Source: Ensifer sp. (GTDB taxonomy: Bacteria > Pseudomonadota > Alphaproteobacteria > Rhizobiales > Rhizobiaceae). Taken from it: a DNA stretch of 64,000 nucleotides. The position numbers and the translations under genes were made by a program. Below are positions 63,695-64,000 of the stretch, piece by piece. The first letter of the stretch is position 1. Every line of letters starts with the position of its first letter. The notes under the pieces were generated by a model, which was not told the origin of the DNA, ran no database searches, and saw only the letters and a program-made list of their open reading frames with translations. The stretch covers positions 1,606-65,605 of the forward strand of contig JBNLGT010000003.1 of NCBI GenBank assembly GCA_050306195.1, written 5' to 3'.

Positions 63695-64000
63695 TTAGGT
63701 ATTCTTCCGCCCCAGCATGTCTTTCGCCGCCAACAATGCGCCAAGCGTGATCAGCGATGCTGCCCCGCCAATGCGCCAGGAGAAATCGGTAATACCGGCG
63801 GCGACAAGAATCAGCACCGAAAGCAGGGGAGCGGCGTAGCTTGACACACCCAACAACTGGATGTTGCCTCGCTTCACGCCAAAATCCCACGCATAGAAAG
63901 CAACACCCACCGGCATCAGGCCCAGCCCTGCCACCGCCAGCCACTCCAGGCTCGATTGCGGCCACACAGTTGTTTCCAGGGCAATGTGGCTGACGAGGGA
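63695..64000 (-). CDS. DMT/EamA exporter, YddG-like (5' part outside the window)
   Basis: PVGVAFYAWDFGVKRGNIQLLGVSSYAAPLLS, hydrophobic throughout. Confidence 0.85.
   Translation of the reverse strand, partial: SLVSHIALETTVWPQSSLEWLAVAGLGLMPVGVAFYAWDFGVKRGNIQLLGVSSYAAPLLSVLILVAAGITDFSWRIGGAASLITLGALLAAKDMLGRKNT

Overview
64 kb of mostly core chromosome from an alphaproteobacterium, most likely Rhizobiaceae (inferred from gene content and order; GC by eye in the mid-50s %). Core blocks: queG-fzlA-uppP; DUF4167-prmC-prfA-ptsP-lysC; ubiG; comF-grxC-nitrilase; argJ-PPIase-secA; tRNA-Leu(CAA); etfBA-hbd; tlpA-argH-lptM-lysA; cpdR-hpt; ftsEX; tyrC-hisC; gloB. The only complete mobile element is an IS1182-family element (3352-4891) with 19-bp TIRs, sitting between the terminators of two convergent genes. 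The most unusual signals are small accessory signalling pieces inserted between core genes. (i) A decayed chemoreceptor (MCP) C-terminal tail (60375-60710) is still an open ORF, lies behind a CtrA-type half-site, and ends 1 nt before a PAS-GGDEF-EAL gene. (ii) A two-cysteine, CSS-like periplasmic-sensor EAL gene lies tail-to-tail with tlpA. (iii) An orphan TrkA-C/RCK_C domain with no obvious start of its own follows lysA. I saw no CRISPR array, prophage, rRNA or multi-gene defence system. All family assignments come from motif recognition by eye; no searches were run. Many start codons were moved from the ORF track to better-supported positions.
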